A DNA stretch of 53,415 bases, counting the filler, from Sphacelaria rigidula (taxonomy: Eukaryota): the NCBI GenBank assembly GCA_964200075.2. It is 4 parts of 4 records of this genome, joined end to end, with 100 filler letters (N's around TTAATTAATTAA, not from the genome) between each part and the next. Parts side by side here need not be neighbours in the genome. Positions count along the whole stretch, not along the records: positions 26,760 to 40,038 come from CAXNAA020003002.1; positions 40,139 to 53,415 come from CAXNAA020003003.1; 2 more parts are not named here. One strand, written 5' to 3'. The translations under genes and the position numbers were made by a program. Shown here piece by piece: positions 36,890-47,799 of the stretch. The notes beneath the pieces are model-generated. The model was not told the DNA's origin. It saw only the letters and a program-made list of their open reading frames with translations, and searched no databases. Position 1 is the first letter of the stretch, and every line of letters begins with the position of its first letter.

Positions 36890-37250
36890 AAGGGAATTCT
36901 AGCTCCATATCAACCTGTTCGAACACACGTGGGAAAATCCTGGCCCCCTTGTCAACCTGTTCGGACAGCATGGGAATTCCTGGATGCCTGTCAACCTGTT
37001 CGAACGCGCATGGGAAAATCCTTGCCCCCCTTGTCAACCTCTTCGAAAACACACGGCAAATCCTGGATCCATGGCAACGTGTTTGAACACGCATGAGAAA
37101 CTCTTGGCCCCCTGTCAACCTGGTCGAAAACACATGGGAAGTCCTGGATCCATGTCAACCTGTTCGAACACGCGTGGGAAAATCCTGGCCCCCTGTCAAC
37201 CTGTTCGAAAACGCATGGGAAATCCTCGCTCCCCTGTCAACCTGTTCGAA
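36890..37250. repeat. ~40-bp minisatellite, about 9 copies
   Basis: Recurrent GTCAACCTGTTCGAA...CATGGGAA.ATCCTGG core. Confidence 0.9.
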
Positions 37251-37577
37251 TAAGCATAGTCTTGACATCTCGAGTCTTCTTCCTCGCCCATTTTCCCGTA
37301 TGCAATCAAATCCTGCTTGTTCGCTGTGTGGTGCAAGCATATATATATATATATATATATGGCTTATACAATTTTCTCGTTCATCCATTCGATGTCCGGC
37401 ATGATGTTAGCAACTTGCATAGTCTCCACGATAAACACACGAATCGTTCATTACAAGCCAACAATTTTCATCAGATTATTTCCCGTGTAAATTTCGGCAA
37501 AGGAATGTGTGGAACCCATGGACTCTCAAGACCAGAAGAATGTAGCCCTGCCCCCGGAACGGTCATAGCGCGCACAG

Positions 37578-37714
37578 GTAGACGGTCATCTTCGAATTGA
37601 TTGTAGGAGCACGCACATGTAGACGGTCATCTTCGAGTGGATTGTCAGAGCGTGAACAAGTAGACGATCATCTTTGATTTGATTGTCGGAGCGTGCACGA
37701 GTTATAGACGGTCA
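37578..37714. repeat. ~41-bp tandem repeat, about 3.3 copies
   Basis: TAGACG(G/A)TCATCTT..A.T.GATTGT..GAGC recurs at ~37579, ~37620 and ~37661, with a partial copy at ~37705. Confidence 0.85.
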
Positions 37715-38826
37715 ACGGGAACTGACGGAGCATCCGTCTGGTGGCCTTATGCAAACACATTAGCATGCAGCTTCACTCACAGCCGCTCAATCATTGTGGA
37801 TCTGGATTGATTATCACACTCATGAGTAGCTACATAGAAATTGGCAGGCGGGCACCAACAATAATTGTTGACGAGCAACTGTTGCAGGCTTCATGCAGTC
37901 CTGTGACCCACCGCTGCAGGTATGTCCAACAGTGCACCTGGAAACACCCAACCACGTATTCACAGTCGAAATGTAAGCTAGAAGTACATGATTGGGTTTG
38001 ATCTCTTCGAATCGAAACAACTTCACATACCTCTCCATTTTACGCATGCATGGCTCGTTTATACTCTTTGAAGATATCTACCAAGGGCGCAAACGATCAA
38101 ACAGGGGGAACCACGTAGAGATTACATCCATTTTCCATGACAAAATAGCATTCCGAGCATCAATGATTTACCCCCCCTGACCAGGGGGTAGGGTAAATAC
38201 CTCATGTTTCGTTCATTCAAGCCTCGCAGTTTTTGTTCACGGCTAATCGGCTTACATAATCCTTGCCTGGTAGCATGTATGCAGACAGTATGACATTACG
38301 GTTACACAAACAGATTTTCGTGCATTAGCGGACGGCAGCGTAACAATGTCATTCTCTATCAGTTGCATACATGATCATGTACGAGGTGCGGTTATTAGGT
38401 GCACACGGAAACGATCACCCATGTATTGAAAGTCGTGAAGTAAAGTCAAAGTACATGGTTGAGTCTGGTTCTTCCGAATCGGAGTAGACATCACATAGCC
38501 CCGAAGTTCTCAAGCATGTATGACTCGCCCATACCCTTTGGAGCTATCCACCAAGGGTAAAACTATCAATCAGGGGGAACCACGTTGAAGTTACATTCAA
38601 TTTCCATGACAATAACACACATTTGCTGGTTGAATATCGCGTTCAGTAGTTTCACTCAGGTAACACGGCCATCACTACCTTATGTGTACCCACAGTATAT
38701 AGAATCGAGTAAACAGTACACGGGAGAGGTTCTTCCGCACGCATAGTCTGACATTTGATATCCAATGGTGATTCGGAAAAGTTCTGTTCCCACAGTGAAA
38801 GCACATTACTCATGCACTGTTACCTA

Positions 38827-39119
38827 CACGGGTGGCCACTGGGGTCTGTAACTTGGCCATTTTGGGACCTTATCCACATTTGGTAAGGTCCGCGGATTAG
38901 GTGGACAACTGGAGAGTATTCGCACAGCACGGACAGGTTCGAAACAAAGCATGTTCCAGTCTACAGGGGAGTCACCCGCCTATAGACTGGGACATGTTTT
39001 GTTTCGATCCTGCCCATGCTGTGCGAATGCTCTTCAGTTGACTACCCAATCCGCGGACCTTGCCAAAGGTGGATAAGATCCCAAAATGGCCAGGGTACAG
39101 ACCCCAGTGGCCACCCGTG
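38827..39119. mobile_element. Foldback Tc1/mariner-type MITE
   Basis: TA|CACGGGTGGCCACTGGGGTCTGTA...TACAGACCCCAGTGGCCACCCGTG|TA; inverted arms of about 135 bp cover almost the whole element. Confidence 0.88.
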
Positions 39120-40038
39120 TATGAACTGTTGGACTGAGTACATAGGTGGGGTTTCAAAGAGGAGATAGTGTAGGCCATATACAATCAGTACAGTCATTTT
39201 GTACAGCCATCCTGAAACAGCATCACAATAAATACAACGGTAGCACGTGGTAAAACCGAAGGGTAACATCCAACCCAATGTGCGGAGACACAAGCGATTC
39301 ATTTTTTCATCCAGCGGGTATTGTCGAATTTGAGTATATGTGAACCAGGACAACGTGGTTCCATTTCAGCTATATTAAACTGCAAAATCCTAGCTTATAG
39401 CAACAGCAGCGTCAGTTGTGAACAAGACTAACGTTACTCCATTTCGCGGGAAACGCCGATATATTATACTCGAGTTAGTAGGAGTTCAACGGATATTTAA
39501 TGTCAACCTCGTCTATATACACCATCCCGTTTCTGGTGTGCGAACGTGATGCAAACTCCCGTGTGGTAAATACTGTACGCACAAGCTTGATGGGTGAAGA
39601 CGGCATAGTGTTATGTTGCTCCTTTCAGCTGCATCACACAGCAGAACGCACACAGCAGCTAACAGCGGATCCTAACTATTGGGGTTGAAACAAAAAGTGG
39701 GGTTGAAGTCGCATTTCTCTATTGCAGGGAAGATACGAAACAGTAACACAGAGCAAACGTATCTTCCTCCCCAAAACTCCGCAGGAGGAGTTAACCGTTA
39801 GACCGCGAGAGTAGGTCACCTGCTGAATCAGCATCAATATTCACTTGAAAAAAGTACACGTGGTCCAGATGGACTACCGGCACCGCGGTCCAAGAGTCAA
39901 GCAGTTCTGGCTAGGTGCACCCAACGAATGCGGCGTACACGCGTGTCGATGACGATATCACCAGAGAGAGAGAGAAGCAACGACAGCGAGGAAGCTCCTC
40001 GCCCGTGTCCTTCGCGTGTCCTCGCTCGGCGATTAAGA

Positions 40039-40138
40039 NNNNNNNNNNNNNNNNNNNNNNNNNNNNNNNNNNNNNNNNNNNNTTAATTAATTAANNNNNN
40101 NNNNNNNNNNNNNNNNNNNNNNNNNNNNNNNNNNNNNN
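40039..40138. other. Artificial contig-joining spacer
   Basis: 44 N + TTAATTAATTAA + 44 N. Confidence 0.97.
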
Positions 40139-40340
40139 TAATGCCCCTCGATCGCGTAGATACTTTTTCAGCGCATTTGACCGACTCTGTGAGCTTACAG
40201 CGCTGACCGAAACCGCCGTTTTCCCTGATATCACCCCTCCCCCTAGAAAATAAGTAGAAATGGCGGTTTCGGGCAGCGCTGTAAGCTCACAGAGTCGGTA
40301 AAATGCGCGAAAGAAGTGTCCACGCAATCGAGGGGCATTA
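40139..40340. mobile_element. Foldback MITE-like palindrome at the contig start
   Basis: TAATGCCCCTCGAT...ATCGAGGGGCATTA with internal arms CCGACTCTGTGAGCTTACAGCGCTG / CAGCGCTGTAAGCTCACAGAGTCGG. The left flank is unavailable, so the TSD is undetermined. Confidence 0.8.
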
Positions 40341-41089
40341 GACCGACAAGAAAGTCATTGAGCACCTATCGCTGAAAGTGGGGAGAAAGTACTGTTTTGG
40401 GCTCGAATCTCATTTCATAGAATTGTCTATTAACGGCAGTTGTGGCAAGAGGGGTAAGCGATGTGTATATGGATATTTTGGATACCCAAGACAAAACAAA
40501 ACTCAAAACCGACCCTGACAGCCGTTAGAAGCAGCATAAAAGGATGGCAGAAGTATATAGTATACGTGGACGCACAACAAAACGTAACAGACGGAATAAA
40601 TCATATCGGGTGTTGATTATGTTGTTCGATGACCGAACCGTGCCCACTGGTGTGTATCTGCACCTGCTCTGCTGCCCTCAATCCCAGAGGCCTTCTTTTT
40701 CTTTTTTCATATTGTTTTAATTGTATCGCCCCTGCTCTTTACTTTCCTCTTCTCTTCCTTTTTTTCTGGTTCTAGGTCGGCCATTAAATTCTGTGCTTTG
40801 CTTTTCTTGACTTTTTTCTTATCGTCAATGCTTGATTGATTGATTGATTGGTTGACTGATTCTCGCACTTGAAAATTATTATTTTCTTACCAATCACTCT
40901 AACATGTTCTGGTCGACTTTTTGTTTCATCTGTTCCTTCTTTTCTTCAGCGAGTGTTTCAGTCTTTTTTTTATTGGGTACGTCTATCATGAGATCACGGC
41001 TAGATCCCTGGGGGGGCAGTCAAAGTGCGACAATCAATAAATGATTCGAATAGAGCAACTTCGTGCTGGAATATCACCGGAATTAAACG

Positions 41090-41450
41090 CGCCACACCAC
41101 CGTCGTGCGCGCTTGTTACAGGGAGTAGCGCAGGTATTCACGTCGGACAGGTCTAAAGATTTACCCGATGTCCATGGGACGGAGGGCGCCGCAGGATGGC
41201 AAGGCATGGCATTTAACGGGAGGGAGTGCGGCCGCAGGGACGGGGCAGATGAACTTATGCTGTAGTAACGCCGGTCACCCCGTGATTCTGTCGTGCAAAT
41301 CCTAACGTCCGGATCCGGCGGCGAGTGTACTTGGCGGCCGTGGTGGATGCGCCACGGCCCGCCCGTCATTGGTGATGCCAAGCTAATCGTTGGGTGATGA
41401 GGTGGTGGCAATTGCGGCGACAAAGACAATTTTTGTGGAAGTGTGGAAGC
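41090..41450 (+). pseudogene. Possible old LINE (RTE-like) ORF2 3' remnant
   Basis: 'RARLLQGVAQV...LPDVHGTEG..GW' and 'IFVEVWK' loosely follow the RTE-type C-terminal pattern (R.RRL...G.V.R...RLP..V..G...W...FM..W); heavily degenerate. Confidence 0.3.
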
Positions 41451-42156
41451 GCCCAAAGTTGCGGGCCGTGCGGTGCGACGGCATATATGCGGGGGCCGGG
41501 GCGGGTAGAGGCGAGGGTTTTCATGTGGCGCGGTGCCGTGCAGGGGCGTCATTTGATTGTTTTGGCGGTGCTGCACGGTACCACTCATTTCAGGTTGTAT
41601 TAGTCACCGAGCGGTGCGAAGCATGAAATTATTTCGGTGCGTTTTCACGTCACACGGCGGCTGGGATATCATTGCGAGGGACGGGGAGGCACGCAAAACC
41701 TGTCGAGATTTGAGATATGTATGCTCGTGCGGTGTGCACGACTTGCTACCGCGAAGCGATCGCGCGCGCCGACGACCCTCTATTTTTGTCTCCTTCTGTG
41801 CGTTCTAGTTGTTTTGATACCACTTTCAGTCGTTTTTTTCTGTTTTTGTATCGCGTCTGTGTGTTTTGTTTGTACCACGATTGGTTTTTTTAATTTCTCA
41901 AGCCCTATGTTTGGAATCTTTGCCTGATATTACCACGGGAAGCGTCCGCGTAACATGCCAGGTACAAAGCGATGTGGTGATGTCGGAACGGTTTAAACTC
42001 TGCAGACAACAACTACAACGACTACGACAAGTTGGGCGCACAGACCGTGCTTTACAGATAATCCACATTCCAATGAGTGCACAAACACCCATCGAAATGC
42101 TGATCGCCACAATATTGGGGGGTCATGATAACGCGAGAAGGCAAGGTTCCACCCGG

Positions 42157-42414
42157 GAGCAATGCTACGGCAGGAGTGCACTTTTGACGCAAAATCTTGT
42201 CTGGTTCAGGGGCTCCGAACGACTTTGGATGCACAAAAGTGTGTTATTGAGGGCATCCTCGTTTGCAAGTCTATTCGGGATATTCTTCGTACTTTGAAAT
42301 TACAAACCTGACGCACTCTCACATATTTCATTCGTCGTGTTTTGGATTACATGAATGCAAAAAAACAAATTTTGACCCAGACAGAGAAGGCACGCCCCTA
42401 CTGTAGTATCACCC
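42157..42414. mobile_element. Sola2-like MITE, full-length copy (258 bp)
   Basis: Left TIR GAGCAATGCTACGGCAGGAGTGC and right TIR CCCCTACTGTAGTATCACCC; flanks CCGG / CAGG (4 bp, one mismatch). Confidence 0.7.
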
Positions 42415-44026
42415 CAGGCCTTCGCAGCTGGTGCCTCGCGTACGTGCACTTGAGCTGTGATGAGGAGCGATCCCGACATGGCCACGAAAATCCCGCGCGT
42501 ACCTGGGCTGTAACTTATTCTATCACATGACGCCAAGGATATTTAAGGTCTCTGTATCCCAGCACCGCCGGAATGTGCGGTGAAAAGACTCGTGCGCCGT
42601 GTTTGCTTCAAATTACCTGTGACAGTCGATCGCGCTGCACGGTGCTGTCACCGTTCATCATCTCACGCGATAGGCTTCAATGTCTTACCCAAACTCGAAG
42701 CGATACATGTCCGTCACAAATACCGTCATAGCGGAAGACCCGCTCCACGGTGTGTTGCAGGGACTGCACGAGGAGCACCGATAGACATCACTGCTGCCAG
42801 ATATGTTTCTCTGTCCACGCTTCCTGTTTGTACCCGCGGTATTCCGCAGTGCACCCCTGGCATTTGCTGTCGACAAGTGTACTGCGTACAGTACGAAAAA
42901 TGCGATCGCGATACAATCAACGTACCATACTGAATGCAGTACATCTGTTGCGACAGATGGCTGCTGGGGTGGCGGAAATGGTATACTAGTATCAAACGAA
43001 AATGACGTCAAGCCCGCGAAACGCCGACGGCGTGCCTGTCAGGGAAATGTCAATATCTTCACGTGGAATCAGCAAGACGCAGAATATCCGGTTGATTGCG
43101 ATAGAAGAAAACTACAAGAACCCCCCCTATCATTTTCAGGCCGCCGGGATGAGGTGAGCGGTAAGTCTGGCACTGAAGGGTGAGAGACGTAGCCTGCTGC
43201 AGGAGCAAGTTCGCAGTGCTCCTCGACTGAACGTACTCTCCTCTTTGGCTACTCTGCGCGGCCCCGCTTTGCTCGACACGGCGCCTAAACCCCGACGGCA
43301 TTTACCTCCAACATGTAGAGAACCTTTCGCTGTCGAGCCATTCTCGTCTTGGTGCCAGCCTCGACCGACAGGGAGCCGATGTAGACAACAAGGCTCGCAG
43401 GACATGCCCCTGGCTCCGTACGGATTTGATACCATTACCCTCCAGAAGTGTCATTAGAAAGTGCTCTACTTTTCGGAACAGGTTCAGCATCGTCCAAAAT
43501 CTTCGTTTCAGGTCACGCCGCGCTTAAAACGCATTGGATCGCCGCAACTGCCGCGTCGACACATAGCTTCGGCTTCAACCCACACACACATCAACTTTCA
43601 GCTCCGTCAGACGCCAGGTGTGCGGTGTTGGGGCGCCTATTTTCCAAAAATACCGCCTCCATGTTATTGAAAAGGAATAACACTGCGTAGAGAGGACACA
43701 AAAGTCAGCAGGTGCCTGCTGCAGGAGACGCGGACCCCGTGCAAGATATCCGGGTACGTACTTATGAACTGGCAAATGAAGGACATAAGGCACAAAAGCC
43801 ATCAGACACGCGCTGTATGAATGGAGAACTCCGTACAGGTATCGTGCTCTGCAATTCACGAGAAGAGAAGTTGAAGAATCTCGTAGGCAGGAGACGACGT
43901 TGGTGCTGAGGTTGATCTTGAGCTGGGGGCTTGTGCGTAGTAGGTAGTTCCTGCATAGCAATGTAAGGTGGCGAAGACACGGAGCAGGAGGAAGAGAGGA
44001 TGAAAGGGGGTACGAGAGTTGTTAGT

Positions 44027-45078
44027 CGAAAGTTGTAGACTTTTGTCCATCTATGGTATGTACTGCTGTACTGCTGTACTGCAGTTCGACTGTGTAGCAC
44101 AGCATGTTAATTGGAAAACACACCTCATCGAAGCTCTCTGATACAGCAGTATCCGGTCATGAGCATCAACGTTGCAGCTTTTCAAGGGAAAAAGGGAAAT
44201 GAGCACTGTTTAGCCATCATCATATGTTTCAAAGTACATCGTAGCTCGGGTATAAAATAACAGAGTAGGTACTGCTGTACGCGTGGCATGAATCTACGTT
44301 CAAAGTTGAAGCAACAACACACCTCATCAAAACCCTCTGCTCTCTGCGCGCACTGTTGTTTCTGTCGCGGTCGGCATCGCTGGGACAGGGGGGAACAGAT
44401 GAACAGCGGAGCATAAATGTTGCAGCATGTAAAGGGAAATTTCGAAAGTTGTAGACTATTGGTATATATTGCTGTACTACTGTACTGCAGTACGCCTGTG
44501 TAGCACAGCATGGTAATTGGAGGACATACCTCATCGGAGCTCTCTGATACAGCAGTATCCGGCCATGAGCATCAACGTTGCAGCTTCTTATGGGAAAAAG
44601 GAAACAAGCACTGTTTAGCCATCATCATATGTTTCAGAAGTACACTGGAGCTCGGGTACAAAATGACAGAGTAGGTACTGCTGTACGCATAGCATGAGTC
44701 TACGTTTAAAGCTGAAGCAACAACACACCTCATCGAAGCTCTCTGATCTCTGCGCGCATTGTTGTTTCTGTCGCGGTTGGCATCGCTGTGACAGGGGGGA
44801 ACAGATGAACAGCGGAGCATGAACGCTACAGCATGTAAAGTTGTAGACTATTGGTATGTACTGCTGTACTGCAGTACTGCAGTACGACTGTGTAGCACAT
44901 CATGTTAATTGGAAAACACACCTCATCGAAGCTCTCTGATACAGCAGTATCCGTCAAAACCTTGTACGGAGTGGTATGCAAATCTATATATCTACCGCAT
45001 GTACTGCCCAGTGTACAGTAGTACGGCTGTGTACTATATCGTGAATCTACGTTTAAAATCGGACAACACACCTCATCG
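44027..45078. repeat. ~400-bp tandem repeat (about 2.3 copies plus a partial) with a ~200-bp internal sub-period
   Basis: AGTTGTAGACT occurs at 44031, 44447 and 44839. ACA(C/T)ACCTCATC recurs near 44117, 44317, 44524, 44723, 44915 and 45067. Confidence 0.92.
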
Positions 45079-47799
45079 CTTGTCGCCTTGTGCAAAGGTT
45101 AGCGTTTCTGCGATCCCTGGCGGCTTATTGGCGCTGTTGTTGCTGCCGTTGACCAGTACTCAAAGAATCTCGCTGCCGACCCATGGGAGACATACGCTCC
45201 GCACGCACGTAAACTCTCTCGGGTAAGAGGTGTAGATGTAGATGACCGACCGCCCACGGAGTGCCGGGAGTCACGACGACGAGGACCCCGACGGCGATGA
45301 GTTCTGGTCCACCAGTGGAGGCAACCGGAGTGGTGGTGAAGAAGATCTCTGCCCCCGGCGAGCACGGCCAGACGGAGTACCGCATGATCAGGGTATTTCG
45401 CGGTTATTTCCATTTGAATTGTTCGCCATCGTTGAGATAGTAAGAAGGACGAGAAGTACTCGCGCGATATGTGGCATACTCAGCACGGCTGCGGGTGTGC
45501 GTTGAGCCCAGTGCAAGGGGTAGACCGATGTGTATCAAAACGCCGTTTATTTTGTCGGATAAATACAGATTCGGAAGTTTCCTGGAATGTTGAAGAAGTT
45601 CGAGGGAGTACCCGGAATGCATGTAGCGTAATCTCTGGGACGATAGGCCACAATTTCTGAACGCACAGGAAACAGTGACAGAAACATACGTGTGGATGTT
45701 TTCGTGATGAAGGAGATCTTCAATTTGATATGTCATACGTTTATTTTGCTTCCGTAATGACAGAGATCTACTATTATTCCAAAGTGTTTGTGCGTGTGTG
45801 TTACATCTCTCCGACCCACCGTCCGTGCACGCCGGGCACAGCCGCATTAGCAGCCATGGGTCAAACCCAACTCAGGGAGGACGAAATGATCTGGAACTTC
45901 GTGCGGATCCTTATACTAGCTATAGATGCGCAATGAGGTGGTTTCTAGCGTGAAGGACATTTGATTTGAAAAGGTGCAAGGGTTTGGCCCGTGGAATGAC
46001 AAGGGATTGCCACCACCACCACCGCCGCCATTTTTTAATTTTCCACACGGATACCTCTCAGGTGCCCCTGAGAGAATGCTTTGACCTTCTTGGCTGAAAC
46101 ACTTGACCGTACTCGCTCCGTACACACGATAACCGCTCCCGTTTACAAGGACGGTCGCCATGTGTCATTTTTCTGCTTCATGTTTCTGATATTTTGTTTT
46201 CGCTGTTGCCAAGCGTACCCCTGGTTTTATATTTATTTTGGTTTGGGTTTTTGCGCCTATGTCGGGAAACGCCATGAGTGTTCTAACGTTCCTGAACTTC
46301 AAGTCTCGGAACACCTCGCCTACTTTTTCTGCGAGTCCTTCACATACGCGACCCTTCTCGTTTATATGAAGAGTCACGTGTGATGCGACGCAACGGATGG
46401 TTTATACTTTGGTGATTGGTAAGTTACGACGAGAACACCACCGGCCACGTCGTACGTAACGATGTTGAGGAATTGTCCTTACAGTAGTGGAATGTTTGGT
46501 TGCAAACGTCTCCTCATACAGGACCATTGCGGATCATGATGAGATAGATTGCTCTTCCGGAACAGACCGTTCCGCCATGTCGATATTCGACCATTGGTAC
46601 AGCCTACAGGCTCAGAGTCCGCCACTCGTTATTTTCTTGTGACTGCTTGCACCAGTTTTTTCTGTACGGTTACCCGCCCATAAATCGGCCGGTGGTGTTT
46701 CGTGTTCATCAGGGGTTATTGCACGGAGTAACGTGACGGTACAACTGGCTGTGGTTCTTACCTCAGTTTGTGTTCGAGCCAGTCTCGTTTAAGTCCGAAA
46801 GGATGAATACCGTGAGGGGTGGACTGCGTTGGTCCTCCCTGTTCCGTGTATTTGTCGTGGTTCAGAAAGGTGTTGAGCGATCCGCCTCGGGACTGCGCAG
46901 TAGGCTCGAGGGTTGTGTATTGACCCAAGTACGTTTCTTTTGACGTGTACGGATACCCGACCTTACAAACCGGCCAGTTGTTTCGGTATGTCGTCGTGTG
47001 AGAAAAGAGAAAAAAGTGCTGTACAACTGGATCATCACCCAGACGTCCATAGCAAGACGTTGCTCTCACGAACATGTACCGACAGTTAACTCACGTCAAC
47101 TGGGTTGATTTGTCTGCATCATGCGTGCTTTGTTTTGTTTTAACGTATGGTTTTCGCGGGAAACCACCTTTTTCGCGACGAACTCGGCTGTGCGTTGTTG
47201 GCTTTTGCTGATTGACTGGGACGAGTGATATAATGCCTTGGCGGGCTTGCTTGCTTTTTATTTTACAAATGAAATCAAACAAATCGGACATCCGGTAAGA
47301 GTAAACTGTTTTCATAATATAGTTATGGCAGGGTATGATGACCGTTTCAAGGATGAGCTTCTGATTTCCTGTGACTATACCGGAAACGCTCACGGCTTTT
47401 TGAGGACACTGCATTTTAGTGTATGTTGGTTTATTTTTTATTTTTCATGTTTTGCTCATGATTCCTCGTGAGAATCTCACGGAATTCGAGGACACTGTAC
47501 TGTATCGGTTCGATTTTTTTTCTTCTTTCGCCTTGTTTTTTTATGTTTTGTGTTTTTTTCTTTTTTTTGTTTCTTTGTGTTGGTCTACATTTTTGTGGTG
47601 CGGGAGAAGGTATGTATGACTCACTCTCGCCTCCTATCATAATCTGCGAGTGCTTCAACCCTGAGGGGCATATATTCTGTGATGGGTACTCTACAGGTAC
47701 GAAAGTTGTTCGTCCGGACACACAGACCGGCGGGTACTAGAGTTGTAAATCTTTGGCGAATATTTCAGCGGCTCGTAGACGCCTCACGAGCCAGCTCTT

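Noticed and set aside
36890..37250. CRISPR-like look of the regularly spaced GTCAACCTGTTCGAA repeats
   Set aside because: The intervening sequences are homologous to one another rather than unique spacers, the context is eukaryotic, and there are no cas genes.
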